From Candidatus Komeilibacteria bacterium RIFCSPHIGHO2_01_FULL_52_14 (GTDB taxonomy: Bacteria; Patescibacteriota; Patescibacteriia; UBA1558; 2-01-FULL-52-15), in the NCBI GenBank assembly GCA_001818365.1, contig MHKK01000022.1, positions 5,636-46,204 of the forward strand: a DNA stretch of 40,569 nt, written 5' to 3'. This document shows, piece after piece, positions 1 to 9,199 of this stretch. Within the stretch, counting starts at the first letter, position 1, and each line of letters begins with the position of its first letter. The notes beneath the pieces were generated by a model, which searched no databases, was not told where the DNA came from, and was given only the letters and a program-made list of their open reading frames with translations. Made by a program: the position numbers and the translations under genes.

Positions 1-2
1 TG

Positions 3-368
3 TATGTCTTCGGGAGCTGGTACGATACCGTGTATCGTCAATACGTCGAGAAAAGATTCCGTTCAAGCGGCGCTTTGGATAAACGGAACGGCGTGCGCTT
101 GCTGTGTTTTCAGAACTACCCGAATCTCGATAAAGGCGCGAGTTGCAACGTGGATCCGCCGAGCAGTCGCATGAGCAGACAAGACCTGACCGATCCATTG
201 CATCTGTTCGTCGGGCCAACCGATCTGACTTTCGCAACGACGACCGTCGGCTCGGGATCGGCCGTGGAGTCCCTCCTGAACATCCGGTACCGCGGAGGAT
301 CGTCGCTTAATTTCGGTATTGCGACCGTCACGGCGAGTACAACGGCTCTATTCCAGGTAACCCCATGA
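3..368 (+). CDS. Partial CDS (5' end outside window), probable minor pilin/pseudopilin-like protein
   Basis: Frame open from position 3; its TGA overlaps the ATG of the next gene (ATGA at 365-368); lies upstream of PilX-like and PilM-like genes. Product inferred from context only. Confidence 0.55.
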   Translation, partial: YVFGSWYDTVYRQYVEKRFRSSGALDKRNGVRLLCFQNYPNLDKGASCNVDPPSSRMSRQDLTDPLHLFVGPTDLTFATTTVGSGSAVESLLNIRYRGGSSLNFGIATVTASTTALFQVTP

Positions 369-781
369 ACACGCAACATCAATCGGAGAAGGGAATCATC
401 GCGATTACGCTGGTTTTGATCGTGGCGTCGATCATAACGGTGTTCGGTTTGTCGGTAGCGCTCATGGCAATCGACGAGACACGAACGGCGACGACGCAGC
501 TCTCCGCGTCCCAGTCGGCGGCGTACGATGACGCATGCGTTACCAATGCGCTGAGCGTGCTTATCAATAATAATTCCTATACCGGGAATGCGAATATTTC
601 CGTCGGAAACGTCAACTGTATCGCCGTCATCGCGAACCCCGGCGGTAACGTGCGCTCGATTAAGACCAGCGCGACCGCAACCGATGCTTTTGCGCGCAGC
701 ATCGTTGATCGTTCGTTCGTGAACGTGAATATCGCAACGAATCCATTTACCGTTCTGTATTATAAGGATATACTGGATTAA
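365..781 (+). CDS. PilX-like minor pilin
   Basis: Short leader ending EKG|IIAITLVLIV, then a hydrophobic helix lacking Glu+5 (typical of PilX/GspK-type); two Cys; adjacent to PilM-like gene. Confidence 0.7.
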   Translation: MNTQHQSEKGIIAITLVLIVASIITVFGLSVALMAIDETRTATTQLSASQSAAYDDACVTNALSVLINNNSYTGNANISVGNVNCIAVIANPGGNVRSIKTSATATDAFARSIVDRSFVNVNIATNPFTVLYYKDILD

Positions 782-789
782 CCTCCGCT

Positions 790-2655
790 ATGAAACGAAC
801 CGTTGCCATCAATTTTTCCGACTACTCGATCGAAGCGCTGGAGCTTGACCAGGAAAAGCGCCAGCTCATCGTCAAGGCGCAGAGCCGCATTACGTTAGCA
901 CCAGGTATCATTGAGAACGGCAAGATCATTCAGTATGACATTTGTGCGGCCGCGGTGCAGCAGCTCCTCGCGAACGCGCAGCCGTCGCCGGTCGAAGGCC
1001 ATGACATCGCCATAACGATCCCCGAGTCGCGTATGTTCGCGCAAACATTCTCGCTTCCGAGGTCGATACCGCAACAGCAGGTGCCGTCGGCGTTGTTCTC
1101 GGAGGCGCGCGAATCGATGCCGCTCGACGTCAAGGCCGTCGCGGCGGATTTCCGTCTGACGGGAAGAACCGATACAGCCGATCAATACTTGTTCGCAGCA
1201 ACCTACGATGAGCTCGTCAAGGAGTATGTCTTGTTTTTTCAGAAACTGCGGCTGAAAGTCACACTCATAACGATGGAATCGCTCGCGCTGGGCGCGGCGG
1301 TGCTTGACGAAACGGTTGACGAGACCGTCTTACTGCTCGATATCGGTGCCCGGACCACGATCGCGTCCATTTTTCAGAAAGGGGAGTTGCGGGAATCGAT
1401 CAACATAAATATCGCCGGGAATGCCATTACGGCCGCACTGGCCGAAAAGTTGCGCCTTGCCCTGGAGGAAGCGGAACAGCGAAAAATTACTATGGGACTT
1501 ACGCCCGGCACGGACGGCGGCGCCGAGATGCTCGTGATCCAGGGTCAGTTGCAACCGCTCAAAGACGAGCTTGCGACATTCATCCGTTATTATGAGCAGC
1601 GGAGCGGGGACCTGGTTGACAGGATCATGCTTTCCGGCGGCACGGCGTCGATGGTCGGGCTTTCCGATTATTTTGCGGCAAATCTGAACCGGCCGACTGT
1701 TGCGGCGGAAGCGCTTCCGCTGTTCGCCGTTGATCGCGACCGTACGATGCTGCCAAAATTCTTGGTCGTATTGGGGCTCGCTCGAATCGCCATGGGCGGC
1801 CGTCAGGAGCGCATTAATTTTTTGGAACATAAAGAGAAGGATTGGCAACCGACAAAAAAAGCCATCCGCGGAACCGTTGCGACCGGATCTGTCGGCTCCG
1901 CGGTATCGAAGCGGGCCATGCCGTCCAGGAAGCGTCTGCTTTTACTTGCGGCGGTATTGGTTCTCGCCGGAGGGCTCGTGGGATTTTTATGGTGGCTGCG
2001 CTCAAGTTCGTCGGTGAAATTCCCGGTAGCGAACCTCCCGGAATCAGAATCGGCGCCGCAGGTCGTTATTGTTGCCCGGCCGTTTGCAGAGGTGACCAAC
2101 GGACGCCAGGTATCGTTCACGTTCTGGGCATCGTTGCAACCCGATCCGGCGCACCCCGGCGACATCCCGGGGAGAATCGAGAACCTTTCGCCGCGAGCGA
2201 CCGTCGCGTATGACGACGCAATACTTGATTACGTTCGCCGGACGCTGACTGCCGCGGGAACGACAGTGACCGACGATGCTCTGCAACAAGGCCTCCGGGA
2301 ATATCTTTCCGATCAGGTGTGGCAGGAAAAACAGGCGTTACTCCAGCAGACCGCACGGAACGAGGGGCTGCGGGTTTTGGATGATTATGCCTCAAAGGAA
2401 ATTGTAACCGCCGAAGCCCTCACGGAGACAAAGGCGGACGGCAGCACGGTGCGCCAGCTTAACTTTTCTCTCGTTTTTCGCGCGTTGCTTGTGAAGGAAT
2501 CGGCATTTGCTCCGCTCGAGCAGCAGCAGGTCGCCGATTTTCAGGAACTGAATCCGGGGTGGGTGCCCACGAGGAGACAATACCGCATGAAACTGGAGGA
2601 AGGATCGACGCGCGTGCTTGTTTCTGCACTGTATACGTTTTTGCAGCAACCATAA
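790..2655 (+). CDS. pilM: Type IV pilus assembly PilM-like actin-fold protein fused to a TM helix and a C-terminal extracytoplasmic domain
   Basis: Actin/FtsA-like motifs LLDIGARTT and IMLSGGTASMVGL; INFL at the end of the PilM domain; then KRLLLLAAVLVLAGGLVGFLWWL TM segment and about 220 further aa. Confidence 0.8.
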   Translation: MKRTVAINFSDYSIEALELDQEKRQLIVKAQSRITLAPGIIENGKIIQYDICAAAVQQLLANAQPSPVEGHDIAITIPESRMFAQTFSLPRSIPQQQVPSALFSEARESMPLDVKAVAADFRLTGRTDTADQYLFAATYDELVKEYVLFFQKLRLKVTLITMESLALGAAVLDETVDETVLLLDIGARTTIASIFQKGELRESININIAGNAITAALAEKLRLALEEAEQRKITMGLTPGTDGGAEMLVIQGQLQPLKDELATFIRYYEQRSGDLVDRIMLSGGTASMVGLSDYFAANLNRPTVAAEALPLFAVDRDRTMLPKFLVVLGLARIAMGGRQERINFLEHKEKDWQPTKKAIRGTVATGSVGSAVSKRAMPSRKRLLLLAAVLVLAGGLVGFLWWLRSSSSVKFPVANLPESESAPQVVIVARPFAEVTNGRQVSFTFWASLQPDPAHPGDIPGRIENLSPRATVAYDDAILDYVRRTLTAAGTTVTDDALQQGLREYLSDQVWQEKQALLQQTARNEGLRVLDDYASKEIVTAEALTETKADGSTVRQLNFSLVFRALLVKESAFAPLEQQQVADFQELNPGWVPTRRQYRMKLEEGSTRVLVSALYTFLQQP

Positions 2656-2659
2656 GATC

Positions 2660-4153
2660 ATGTCCTATTTCTTAAAAGCTTTAAAGCTCGACGTCGAAAC
2701 CGGTTCGCCGAAAATTGCGCTTTTGAATGAGAAAGAAGCGTGGCATTACGGTATCCACGCGGGAGACCATCTCAAACTGACGCTGAACGGCAAACCGCTG
2801 TACGTATCGGCGAATACGAGCAAGCAGCGCGTAAAGCCAGGCAGGATAGGGCTCTATAAGGACATCTGGGAAAAGACCAGGATAACGAACGGCGACATCG
2901 TGCAAGTCGCTTTTCAGGAAAGCGCCCATTCGATACAGGCGATAAAGCGGCGTCTTTTGGGGAAGCGTCTGAAGTATGAGGAGATCTATTCCATTATTTC
3001 TGATATTGCGACTGATCAATTGAGCAAAGTTCAGATAACCTATTTTGTCGCATCCGGCTTCATGCACGATTATACGAACGAAGAATTGTATTTCCTGACG
3101 AAAGCGATGGCCGAGACGGGGGACATGTTGCATTTCCCGGGGCTCGTGGCCGACAAGCATTCTGTCGGCGGCCTTGCAGGTAACCGAACAACGATGATCG
3201 TCGTCCCGATTCTTGCCGCGCTCGGCATCAAAATCCCCAAGACGTCGTCCCGGGCGATAACGTCGCCTGCCGGCACCGCGGACACGATGGAAGTTCTGGC
3301 ACCGGTGACCTTTACCGTCGATGAGATAAAAAAAATCGTCGGAAAGACGAACGGATGCCTGGTGTGGGGCGGCGGGCTTTCGCTGGCGCCGGCCGATGAC
3401 AAGATTTTACAGGTAAGCTATCCGATGTCACTTGAGCCGTACAGCAAGATGATCGTGTCCATTATGGCCAAGAAAGTGGCGACCGGCGTCAATCATTTAA
3501 TCATTGATATGCCCGTGGGTCCCACCACAAAGATACCGGACATGGAAACGGCCCGCATGCTTGAAAAAAAGTTTCAGTACGTTGCCGCGAAATTCAGCAT
3601 CAAGCTCAAGGTCAGTATGATTAAAACAAGCGATCCGGTCGGCTTCGGCGTGGGGCCTGCTCTTGAAGCACGGGACGTGTTGCGCGTGTTGCAGCAAAAA
3701 AAAGAACGCCCGGGGGATTTAAGCAGAAAAGCCGTCCATCTTGCAGGCCAGCTTTTGGAGCTTGTTGACTATTGTAAGCCGGGAGCGGGCGCTACGATAG
3801 CGTGGAAAGTTCTTGATTCCGGCCGTGCGTGGCGGAAGATGCGCGAGATCATCAAGGCGCAGGGCGGCGACCCGAACATTGATTCCGAGCAGATTACGCT
3901 GGGTGCCTACAAAAAGTATTACACGGCGGCAAAGACCGGGCAGATCGTATTTACCGACAATAAGTCGCTGAACCTCGTGTGCCGGACGCTTGGAGCACCG
4001 TCGGTGAAACTTGCCGGCGTCTACCTGAATAAGGAATACGGCGTGAGCGTACGAAAAGGAGAGCGCTTGTTTACGATCTATGCGGAGAACAAGGAGCGTC
4101 TTAATTTGGCCTCAAAAGCCCTGGAGAAACTGCGTATATTTCATATCAAGTGA
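2660..4153 (+). CDS. AMP phosphorylase / thymidine phosphorylase family protein (archaeal-type, with N-terminal extension)
   Basis: Motifs DKHSVGGLAGNRTT, PKTSSRAITSPAGTAD and GPALEARDVL; ATG at 2660 just after the pilM stop. Confidence 0.9.
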   Translation: MSYFLKALKLDVETGSPKIALLNEKEAWHYGIHAGDHLKLTLNGKPLYVSANTSKQRVKPGRIGLYKDIWEKTRITNGDIVQVAFQESAHSIQAIKRRLLGKRLKYEEIYSIISDIATDQLSKVQITYFVASGFMHDYTNEELYFLTKAMAETGDMLHFPGLVADKHSVGGLAGNRTTMIVVPILAALGIKIPKTSSRAITSPAGTADTMEVLAPVTFTVDEIKKIVGKTNGCLVWGGGLSLAPADDKILQVSYPMSLEPYSKMIVSIMAKKVATGVNHLIIDMPVGPTTKIPDMETARMLEKKFQYVAAKFSIKLKVSMIKTSDPVGFGVGPALEARDVLRVLQQKKERPGDLSRKAVHLAGQLLELVDYCKPGAGATIAWKVLDSGRAWRKMREIIKAQGGDPNIDSEQITLGAYKKYYTAAKTGQIVFTDNKSLNLVCRTLGAPSVKLAGVYLNKEYGVSVRKGERLFTIYAENKERLNLASKALEKLRIFHIK

Positions 4154-4273
4154 GTTTTGTGTTGATGCTGGAGCTTTCTTTAAAAAAGTGGTATCCTTAT
4201 TACAAGCTAAATTCACAATTAAGATATGATTTCAATATCATAATAATAAAAATAACTAAGATTAGGCAAAAAT

Positions 4274-4822
4274 ATGCATGCTGACATACAAAAAGGGATA
4301 CGTTTTGGGAAGCAGGTCTTTATTACTATCGTCTCAGGTTTTCTGGTGGGCATGTTATCAGTGTACGCGGCAACAACCATCAGTAATAATATTGTGACCG
4401 GGGGCACGCTTGATGTCACCGGTGTCACAACACTTACAACGATGACGAGCACGCAGGCAACCTCGTCAACATCTTTTTGGATAGGCAGCGGCGGAACCGC
4501 AACATGGCTGAATCTTGCCGGAGGCGATTTGTTTGTGCAGGATGATCTGCAGCTCGGTGACCGGTTAACAGTCGGTGGCACTGCATCCTCAACGGCGCTG
4601 ATTGTTGGCGGAACAGCGACATCAACCAATTTAACGATTGGCGAACGGGCGGCTGCCAATGCGACCACAACGCTTACCCTTGGCGATCTTGTGGCAGAAG
4701 CGGCAACGTGCATTAAGATGCGAACCACAGCGGGTGAATGGGTCTATGCGTATGCAACTTCTTCGAGCGCAATGACTGCTCCCGGCTGGGGTCTGCGGTG
4801 GACCGCCACAAGCTGTGAGTAA
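4274..4822 (+). CDS. Secreted Thr-rich hypothetical protein with ATST-type repeats
   Basis: Hydrophobic N-terminus ending VYA; repeated ATSS/ASST/ATST/ATTT motifs; AT-rich upstream region with TGGTATCCT extended -10-like site. Confidence 0.75.
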   Translation: MHADIQKGIRFGKQVFITIVSGFLVGMLSVYAATTISNNIVTGGTLDVTGVTTLTTMTSTQATSSTSFWIGSGGTATWLNLAGGDLFVQDDLQLGDRLTVGGTASSTALIVGGTATSTNLTIGERAAANATTTLTLGDLVAEAATCIKMRTTAGEWVYAYATSSSAMTAPGWGLRWTATSCE

Positions 4823-4843
4823 TCGCACAGCTATTCATAGCGT

Positions 4844-5998
4844 ATGATCATGAAACGTTTAATCGGCATAGTAGCGGTTGCTCTTTCTCTAGTCGCTGTC
4901 CCGGACCTGCTTAAGGCGCAGGATGTGCAGCTAACGGCAGGGGCGACAATTGAAATCACCCTGACGAGCCCATCGGTCACCTATACCTTGAGTTCGACAA
5001 CAGGCATCAACGCTCTTGCGGTGAGCGACAGCACTCTGACCTTGACGCTTGATGCTGGCGATACCATCACGGTAACGCAGAACAATGGTTACGTGATTGA
5101 TAATAACTTAGGTGTTGGCACCAGTTGTATTGGCGCAATTACCCGTGCAACTTTTACCGCCAGCGTCATTATAACGTCAGGAGCAACGGCACAAGGCTGC
5201 CAGACCGGTGGGTCGGGGAGCCCTATTAGTGACGCGAGTATACGGATTAACAATGGGGCTTCGCAAACATCATCGAGAAATGTGACACTGAGCCTTCAGG
5301 CCGGCAATGCGAAGCAGATGATACTCTCGCACCTGGTTAATTTTGCTGATGCACAGTGGGAGCCGTACGCTGAAGCAAAAGCATGGACGCTGACGGACGG
5401 TTTAGGAGAAAAAAGAGTATACGTAAATTACTTGAGCACTGGAGGAGAGCAGTCGCAGCCAATGAGTGCGGTGATAACACTTACAGAGGGAGTAACTGCC
5501 GCTCCGGCACCAGACGGGTCGGTACCGTCATCACAACCCCAAGCAACTCAGACACCTGTGCTGCAACAGACGGGTGTTCCGTCGGAAGGTGCGCTGGTTA
5601 AATTACTCAATGATCCAAGAGTCTATCTCATCTCTCAGGGGTTGAAACGATGGATTCAAGATGAACAAGCATTTACACAGCAAGGGTATAGCTGGAGTAA
5701 TATCGTCGTGGTTTCTGATACAGCCTTGCAGCAGTATTGGGATGGACCGAGGATAGAGAGCGCGGTAGCAGCCGCTGCTTACAAATTTACGAGATATCTG
5801 GCGTCTGGCTCAGTGGGTACGGAAGTTAGTGCATTACAGAAGATCCTGAAGGCGTTGGGGTTCTTTCCGCAGCAGGTTAAGGAAACGGGATACTACGGAA
5901 CGACGACTCGGAGTGCTGTCATCGCTTTCCAAAAGGCACGAGGGATTACGCCTCTCGGCGTTGTCGGACCTCAGACCCGAGCAGCTTTAAATCGATAG
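4844..5998 (+). CDS. Secreted multidomain surface protein with C-terminal peptidoglycan-binding domain
   Basis: Signal peptide (..LLKA|QD); C-terminal LASGSVGTEVSALQKIL...GYYGTTTRSAVIAFQ...GVVGPQTRAALN matches the PG_binding_1 pattern. Start may be 4850. Confidence 0.85.
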   Translation: MIMKRLIGIVAVALSLVAVPDLLKAQDVQLTAGATIEITLTSPSVTYTLSSTTGINALAVSDSTLTLTLDAGDTITVTQNNGYVIDNNLGVGTSCIGAITRATFTASVIITSGATAQGCQTGGSGSPISDASIRINNGASQTSSRNVTLSLQAGNAKQMILSHLVNFADAQWEPYAEAKAWTLTDGLGEKRVYVNYLSTGGEQSQPMSAVITLTEGVTAAPAPDGSVPSSQPQATQTPVLQQTGVPSEGALVKLLNDPRVYLISQGLKRWIQDEQAFTQQGYSWSNIVVVSDTALQQYWDGPRIESAVAAAAYKFTRYLASGSVGTEVSALQKILKALGFFPQQVKETGYYGTTTRSAVIAFQKARGITPLGVVGPQTRAALNR

Positions 5999-6153
5999 TG
6001 CTGAAGTGAGCAAATAACGCATCGCGCAGCCATTTTTTATATTAGAATAGTTGCATTGAAGTAATTGAAAGTATTGGAGAGAATCGGAATTTTTGCATCT
6101 CGTGAGCTTGTGGAGCGGCGAAAGCTCTGGTATAACAAAGCTCCTTTTTGTAT

Positions 6154-7221
6154 ATGAAAAAAAGGAAAAAAATTGTCGTTGGCCTGTCCGGAGGCGTCGA
6201 CAGCGCCGTGGCCGCCTATCTGCTTCAGAAGCAGGGGTACGCGGTTCGTGCGGTCTTCATGAAAAATTTTTCGGAGAGAGTCGCACGCGCGTACGAATGT
6301 CCCTGGCGCGAGGATCGTTTGTCCGCATACCGTGTAGCGGCTTTTTTGGGTATTCCCATCGTCACGTGGAATTTTGAACGCGAGTACCGCGATCGGGTAC
6401 TCAAGTACCTGTTTCGCGAATACGGTGCGGGGCGAACCCCGAATCCGGATGTGATGTGCAATAAGGAGATAAAATTTTCCGTTTTTTTGCGGCGTGCGAA
6501 AGCGATGGGTATACCGAGAATTGCTACTGGACATTACGCCCGTATTCGACGGAGTGCCGACGGAGTGTCTCACCTGCTGAAAGCGAACGACGCTACCAAG
6601 GATCAGTCGTATTTTCTCGCTGCGCTGAATCAACGGCAGCTCGCGGCTGTCTCGTTTCCGGTCGGAGGAATGACGAAGAAACAGGTACGTGCGCTGGCGC
6701 GGAGGATCGGGCTCCCGAATGCGGAGCGGCCCGATAGCCAAGGTATCTGTTTCGTCGGTCCCGTCACGATGAAGGCTTTTTTGAAGACGCGCATCAAGCC
6801 GAAGCCCGGCGACATCGTTACGACGAAGGGGGTTCTCATCGGCCGCCATGACGGCGTGCACTACTACACGATCGGGCAGCGCCGGGGTATCAATCTGGGC
6901 GGCGGTCCCGCATTATACGTTATCGGCAAAGACATGAGACGCAATCGGCTTATCGTCGGGACAAAGAATCAGCTGGAGCTTTTTACGAACACCGTGAAAC
7001 TGGGATCGTGGCATTGGGTTGCGTCTCCGCACAAATTTCCTTTGCGGTGCACCGCAAAGATACGGTACCGGCAGCGCGACGAGCGAGTCATCATCAGACG
7101 AACGGACAAAAACGGAATTGTTGCGCACTTCAGCCGCCGGCAACGTGCCGTGGCGCCGGGACAGACCTTTGCCGCCTATCAAGGCAGTGAGCTTATCGGG
7201 AGCGCTACCATTGTCGAATAG
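6154..7221 (+). CDS. mnmA: tRNA-specific 2-thiouridylase MnmA
   Basis: SGGVDS PP-loop, TPNPDVMCNKEIKF, ATGHYA, KDQSYFL, DSQGICF, TIGQRRG, KIRYRQ, AVAPGQ. Confidence 0.97.
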   Translation: MKKRKKIVVGLSGGVDSAVAAYLLQKQGYAVRAVFMKNFSERVARAYECPWREDRLSAYRVAAFLGIPIVTWNFEREYRDRVLKYLFREYGAGRTPNPDVMCNKEIKFSVFLRRAKAMGIPRIATGHYARIRRSADGVSHLLKANDATKDQSYFLAALNQRQLAAVSFPVGGMTKKQVRALARRIGLPNAERPDSQGICFVGPVTMKAFLKTRIKPKPGDIVTTKGVLIGRHDGVHYYTIGQRRGINLGGGPALYVIGKDMRRNRLIVGTKNQLELFTNTVKLGSWHWVASPHKFPLRCTAKIRYRQRDERVIIRRTDKNGIVAHFSRRQRAVAPGQTFAAYQGSELIGSATIVE

Positions 7222-7249
7222 GACGATTTTCAGTATAGTTGATACTGCT

Positions 7250-7333
7250 CGGTTAATCCCCGAGCGTGTCGAGGGGTTAACCGGTTTATGTCAATTAAAA
7301 TTTATCCTTCGACAAGCTCAGGAAATAAATTTT
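7250..7333. repeat. Pair of oppositely oriented REP-like imperfect palindromes
   Basis: CGGTTAATCCCCGAGCGTGTCGAGGGGTTAACCG (7250-7283) and AAAATTTATCCTTCGACAAGCTCAGGAAATAAATTTT (7297-7333); the cores resemble each other in reverse complement and resemble elements at 13517 and 35238. Confidence 0.7.
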
Positions 7334-7349
7334 CATTGTTCTGCTTTCT

Positions 7350-9155
7350 ATGACTTCAAAACAGCTTAAGCATTTATACTTCAAATTCTTTCAGGATCGC
7401 GGCCACAAGCTGATCCCGTCGGCATCCCTGGTGCCGGAAAACGATCCGACGGTTTTGTTTACTCCTGCGGGTATGCACCCGTTGACGCCTTTTCTGATGG
7501 GTGAGAAGCATCCGCAGGGCACGCGGCTTGTTGATGCGCAGAAATGCATCCGTACCAGCGATATCGATGACGTGGGAGATGCGTCGCACCTGACTTTTTT
7601 TGAAATGCTGGGCAACTGGTCTTTAGGCGATTATTTCAAGAAAGAATCGATCGCGTGGAGCTACGAGTTTTTGACCGACAAAAAATATCTGGGATTTGAT
7701 CCGTCAAAGCTCTGGGTAACGGTATTTGCCGGCGAAGACGCCGTGTCTGGCCAGCCTGGCCGGCAGGCAGGCGGCAGGCAGGGGATTCCTCGCGACGAGG
7801 AATCGGCCGGCATATGGAAGTCGCTCGGTATTCCTGTCGAACGTGTCTTGTATTTTCCCCGTAAGGATAATTTTTGGGGGCCGGTCGGAGAAACCGGGCC
7901 GTGTGGTCCGGATACGGAGATTTTCGTCGATACCGGGAAAGATCCCTGCGGTCCGAACTGCGGGCCCGGATGCGGGTGCGGCAAATACTTTGAGGTGTGG
8001 AACAATGTATTTATGGAGTTCGAGCGGACGAAGGATGGGAGATACATACCGCTGAAGCAGAAGAACGTCGATACCGGCATGGGTGTCGAGCGTACCGTTG
8101 CCATGCTGGACGGTGCAAAGACGGTGTATGAAATAGATACGTTTCAGCCGCTCGTCAAAATGGTTCGCGAGCGCTCTGCGCAGTTTAACGAAAAATCGAT
8201 GCACATCATCGTGGATCATGTCCGCGCAGCCGTTTTTCTGCTCGCCGATGAACGCGGTGTCAAGCCCTCCAACGTCGATCAGGGATATGTTCTGCGACGC
8301 CTGATCCGCCGCATGATACGTCATGCGAAAATGATCGGCTTCGATCTGGACAATCTTCCCGAGCTCGCAAAAATCGTCATTCGCGAGTATCACGTGGACT
8401 ACCCTGAACTGGTCCGTAACGTTCGGGTTGTCGAAGAGGAGCTGATTAAGGAGAAAGACAAATTCCTGAAAACGCTTGAGCAGGGTATCAAGGCATTCGA
8501 AAAATCGACACGAAGCGGATCCATTTCCGGCAAGGACGCTTTCGTGTTGTTCTCGAGTTATGGATTCCCGCTTGAAATGGTTCAGGAGCTCGCCGCGGAG
8601 AAAAAGATCTCAGTCGATGTTGGCGGTTTCCAGCGGTTATTCGAGGAGCATCAGGAAAAATCACGTACTGCCGCAGCCGGAAAATTCAAAGGCGGTTTGG
8701 CCGATCACGGCGAGATGACGACGAAGTATCATACGGCGAACCATATGATGCTCGAAGCTCTGAAGCGCGTTCTCGGGCGGGACGTCGTCAATCAGAAGGG
8801 GAGCAATATTACCGCCGAGCGGCTTAGGTTCGATTTCACCTACCCGGGAAAAATGACAGCGGAGCAGATCAGGCAGGTCGAGGACATTGTGAACGGCGAG
8901 ATTAAAAAAAATCATCCCGTGCATTTTGAAGAGATGAGTGTTGCAGCAGCAAAACAGATTGGCGCAACTGGCGTCTTTGAACATAAATACAGCGATACGG
9001 TAAAGGTGTATTTTGTCGGCGACTACAGCACTGAGATTTGCGGCGGACCGCACGTTCAGAACACGAAAGGAATGGGGCTTCTTAAGATTGTAAAAGAAGA
9101 GGCAAGCTCCGCGGGCGTCAGGAGGATTAAGGCGGTCCTTACGCCGGACAAGTAA
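7350..9155 (+). CDS. alaS: Alanine--tRNA ligase, short form (catalytic and editing domains, no C-Ala)
   Basis: LFTPAGM, QKCIR, HLTFFEMLGNWS, GPCGPDTEIF, DTGMGVER, DHVRA, GYVLRRLIRR; editing motifs HTANH and EICGGPH; 601 aa. Confidence 0.97.
   Translation: MTSKQLKHLYFKFFQDRGHKLIPSASLVPENDPTVLFTPAGMHPLTPFLMGEKHPQGTRLVDAQKCIRTSDIDDVGDASHLTFFEMLGNWSLGDYFKKESIAWSYEFLTDKKYLGFDPSKLWVTVFAGEDAVSGQPGRQAGGRQGIPRDEESAGIWKSLGIPVERVLYFPRKDNFWGPVGETGPCGPDTEIFVDTGKDPCGPNCGPGCGCGKYFEVWNNVFMEFERTKDGRYIPLKQKNVDTGMGVERTVAMLDGAKTVYEIDTFQPLVKMVRERSAQFNEKSMHIIVDHVRAAVFLLADERGVKPSNVDQGYVLRRLIRRMIRHAKMIGFDLDNLPELAKIVIREYHVDYPELVRNVRVVEEELIKEKDKFLKTLEQGIKAFEKSTRSGSISGKDAFVLFSSYGFPLEMVQELAAEKKISVDVGGFQRLFEEHQEKSRTAAAGKFKGGLADHGEMTTKYHTANHMMLEALKRVLGRDVVNQKGSNITAERLRFDFTYPGKMTAEQIRQVEDIVNGEIKKNHPVHFEEMSVAAAKQIGATGVFEHKYSDTVKVYFVGDYSTEICGGPHVQNTKGMGLLKIVKEEASSAGVRRIKAVLTPDK
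7740..7782. repeat. Nested degenerate double copy of the CCTGCCTGCCGGCAGGCAGG palindrome, in-frame inside alaS
   Basis: CCGTGTCTGG[CCAGCCTGGCCGGCAGGCAGG]CGGCAGGCAGG; an intact copy of the palindrome sits at 38734-38753; removing 42 nt gives ...VFAGED-GIPRDEES. Confidence 0.8.
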
Positions 9156-9164
9156 CGTATCGGA

Positions 9165-9199
9165 AATGAAAGAGGGCGATGCGCACCGGCGCATCGCCC
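9165..9199 (-). terminator. Intrinsic terminator hairpin (minus strand; may also serve alaS)
   Basis: Perfect 11-bp stem GGGCGATGCGC/GCGCATCGCCC (9174-9199) with a 4-nt loop, followed on the minus strand by TCTTTCATTT. Confidence 0.75.

Noticed and set aside
7269-7296. dif-like site (TTATGTCAATT resembles a XerD arm)
   Set aside because: No XerC-like arm at 6-bp spacing; the left side belongs to a REP hairpin.
7222-7349. T-box leader for alaS
   Set aside because: Too short, no T-box consensus, and the hairpins are explained by REP-like repeats. The GGTTGGTACC near 9353 lies downstream of alaS and is a poor match.
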